Program-made: the position numbers and the translations under genes
In this document: piece by piece, positions 1 through 64,000 of the stretch
Layout of the letters: every line of letters starts with the position of its first letter
How positions within the stretch are numbered: position 1 is the first letter of the stretch
The notes under the pieces: generated by a model
Told to the model about the DNA's origin: nothing
The model's input: the letters and a program-made list of their open reading frames with translations, nothing else
Database searches by the model: none
Source: Tubiluchus corallicola
Taxonomy: Eukaryota > Animalia > Priapulida
DNA length: 64,000 nucleotides
Direction: 5' to 3'
NCBI GenBank assembly: GCA_030141605.1
Contig: JAQGDQ010000924.1
Coordinates: forward strand, 15,928 to 79,927

Positions 1-49
<49 letters not shown>

Positions 50-79
50 GTAATAGTAATGATGATGATGATGATGATG

Positions 80-113
<34 letters not shown>

Positions 114-175
114 AATAATAATTTTAATAATAATCATGGTGACGGTAACAGTAACGGTAACAGTAACAATAATAA
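1..175. repeat. (AAT)n/(GAT)n compound microsatellite
   Basis: Direct reading. Confidence 0.95.
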
Positions 176-528
176 TTATTGTTAATATCTACTTTATTGC
201 TGTTGACGTCCGCTAAATTTTGCAATAGTGATGTTAAAGCTTGTTTTCAGAGGAGTTGAGCAATGTTGAATGTGGCATTATATAGGATGGGTGAGAAAAA
301 TACCTTCTGGGGTCTGTTTTTGGCATTAAATATTAGTACACTACACTCACGTGGACTTTCTGAGTCTACATGATAGCAATCCATTAGTTATGTGGAGTCA
401 CTGGAGTGCTGGAAGAAATTCTGTTCTACTAAAATCAGTTTTTTATTAGCATGCAAGATAGCTTGTTCGGAGCGAAAAGTCCTTGCTTTTCTTGACTGTG
501 TTGTTAAAGTTGTCATTACTCATTCTAG

Positions 529-61764
<61,236 letters not shown>

Positions 61765-61836
61765 GTAAGTAGATTGTGATTTTGTTCGGTGATAAATCTT
61801 AACTATTCTGTCAGTCATCTGAACTCGTCATTTCCT

Positions 61837-62270
61837 CTTTTTCAACCAATCACGTACATTCATCATCTTTTTTCAACCAATCACATACATTCATCATCTT
61901 TTTTCAACCAGTCACGTACATTCATCATCTTTTTTTCACCCAATCATGTACATTCATCTTTTTTTTCAACCAATCATGTACATTCATCATGTTTTTTCAA
62001 CCAATCATGTACACTCATCATGTTTTTTCAACCAATCATGTACATTCATCATCTTTTTTCACCCAGTCATGTACATTCATTATCTTTTTTCAACCAGTCA
62101 CATACATTCTTCATCTTTTCTTCAACCAATCATATACATTCATCATCTTTTCTTCAACCAATCATGTACATTCATCATCTTCAACCAATCATATACATTC
62201 ATCATCTTTTCTTCAACCAATCACATACATTCATCATCTTTTCTTCAACCAATCATATATATTCATCATC
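61837..62270. repeat. About 31-bp tandem repeat
   Basis: ttttcaaccaatcatgtacattcatcatct variants. Confidence 0.93.
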
Positions 62271-64000
62271 GTTTTGTCTCTGTATTGTAGCTGTCGCTGG
62301 GTCATACAGCATGAAGTCGTTAACTAACACAAACGACTTTGAAACCGCACTCTCCATGAAGAACGATTTTCGTTTATTATGCCAAACACTTCGGTAGAGA
62401 AACTAACTTGTTTGCTAGTCCAAATCAAAGTACAGCAACAGCAAAGTTATATTTCACTTTATGCCAAATCTTAGTGGCAGCATAGCTCTCTCTCTCTCTC
62501 TACTTTGCCTCTTTTCTCCGTTCTCTGCATCGCTTTTTTTGAATGCCTGAACTGTTTTTGTACCAGCTGCTGCTCATTAATACACTGAGGAAGTAAACAC
62601 AAACAAAACAAGTTGAACATACTCTAGGTCGTGAAATTTCACAATGGTCCCCATCTGGCACAAATGCTTAGCGGAAATATTATCATCATCATCATCATAC
62701 GCCCGTCACGTCTATTTTAGACATTTGGCAGGCAGAATTCTAAAATAAAACACAATCTGCCTTCAGACAGGTAAACGCAGCAGTAATCTAGCAAAAGAAC
62801 TAGACACTGCTACGCCAGTGGCTTGTCAGCACCACTTCCGTTCAGCAGAAATAATGCTTTGGGGACATCTTCCCAGAGGGGAAAAAAGTTAAAATTCGAA
62901 ACCGAAACACCCAAGATGGTTCAGGAAAAATCACTACCCTCTTATACAAGAAATCTCCTTTTTATTTTTCTCATTGAGAGACTCTTGTAAGCCTCCTGTT
63001 GTTTTTGGGATTCTCTGCTTGAGGGACGCATTAGTAGTGTGATTAAAACGGACATTTTTACATGCTTATTTCATATTAGGAACAAGTACATTGATTTAGA
63101 CTGTTGCCCATAATTTACAATGTTTTTTTAATTTGATTTTGGTTATCTGGTAATATCAGAAGTGCCTGGCACAAGTAGTTTTTAAATTGAAGGTTGTCTT
63201 TGCATGTTTTTCTAAGCGATTGCACTGATGCCTCTTGCTGTTCGTTATCACGATTGTTGTCATTGTCGTCATCACCATCGTCACTATCATTGCCACTATC
63301 GTCGTCATCAATGCCAGGTGTCATGTCATCAGAACTTGTAATGCAATTCAAGTTTTAGCTATGAAACTATGAACTCTCGCGTTCAGCTATGAAATCATTG
63401 ACAGTAACTGTTATTTTTCTTGGCTGCCCGTACGAACATTTTCTTGCTTTCAAATTTGATTGTTTGATAGCACCATTAGAAAATGAGCATCTTAGGACGT
63501 GTTTTTTGTGCTTATCTAGCAAATGCGGTTATTGGGAAATGCTTCCCGATTTGAGAAAAATTCAGTATCACAGCAGTATTATTATGTATTGTAATCATAA
63601 TTATGTAAAGGATATATTATTTTGCATAAAATGAGCAATTAGCTTCATTAAAAAGAAAGATTCGCTCCTGTTGTTGAGTTAAAAATTTTAAAATAAAATG
63701 TAAGCAAACACATTTCACTTTCGAATTGTTGTTTAATATTTTCTTGGTCATAATTTTGCTCATTTTTGAGGTCGTGTTGATTTAATGTAATGCTATTAGT
63801 CACATAATTTCCCATTTTTAAACTTACAACAGTGGGAAACTTATGTCCCTCCTTTTCACATTTTTACTCTAAACTAGGGTTGTGAGTGACTCGGTTTGTA
63901 ACTAGGTTGGTGCTGTGCAAGTTCGTTGTTACTCATATAAGCCACCGGTTACAGTCTTTGGCGCTATTACACTTTCACACCGCCTAGCTTTTCCTAGGCA

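Noticed and set aside
62291-62330. Next Ig5 exon after 61764
   Set aside because: The phase-0 frame after ttgtag stops within 8 codons; the real exon is probably beyond the window
63115-63351. Acidic minus-strand ORF (DDDDSGNDSDD)
   Set aside because: Low-complexity GAT/GAC tract; may be decayed TE coding sequence but has no recognisable motif or termini

Overview
Animal (invertebrate-looking) genomic DNA: AT-rich introns full of MITEs and minisatellites, CpG-rich exons. The whole window lies inside one + strand multi-exon gene whose start and stop are outside it. I reconstruct about 37 exons by hand (about 9.1 kb coding, about 3,050 aa). The order is: spectrin-repeat-like helical region (529-11291), then a roughly 1,900-aa Pro/Glu/Gln/Ala-rich repetitive linker encoded entirely by symmetric phase-0 exons (11997-50460), then at least five I-set Ig domains (52808-61764). 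This matches a zormin/sallimus (titin/kettin-family) giant muscle protein. The most unusual part is the linker: a non-PEVK 120-130-aa module (QQLPQAG / SEPE(S)EEE / RRYFEDI..EEHRKFTEEH) on combinable cassette exons. It shows exon-limited gene conversion, TGCATG/YGCY enrichment near micro-exons, and cassette-encoded kinase motifs. Introns contain hAT, pogo/Tigger, Tc1/mariner, piggyBac-like and Kolobok-like non-autonomous elements (one nested pair), two tRNA-derived SINEs and many tandem repeats. All calls were made by eye, without database searches.
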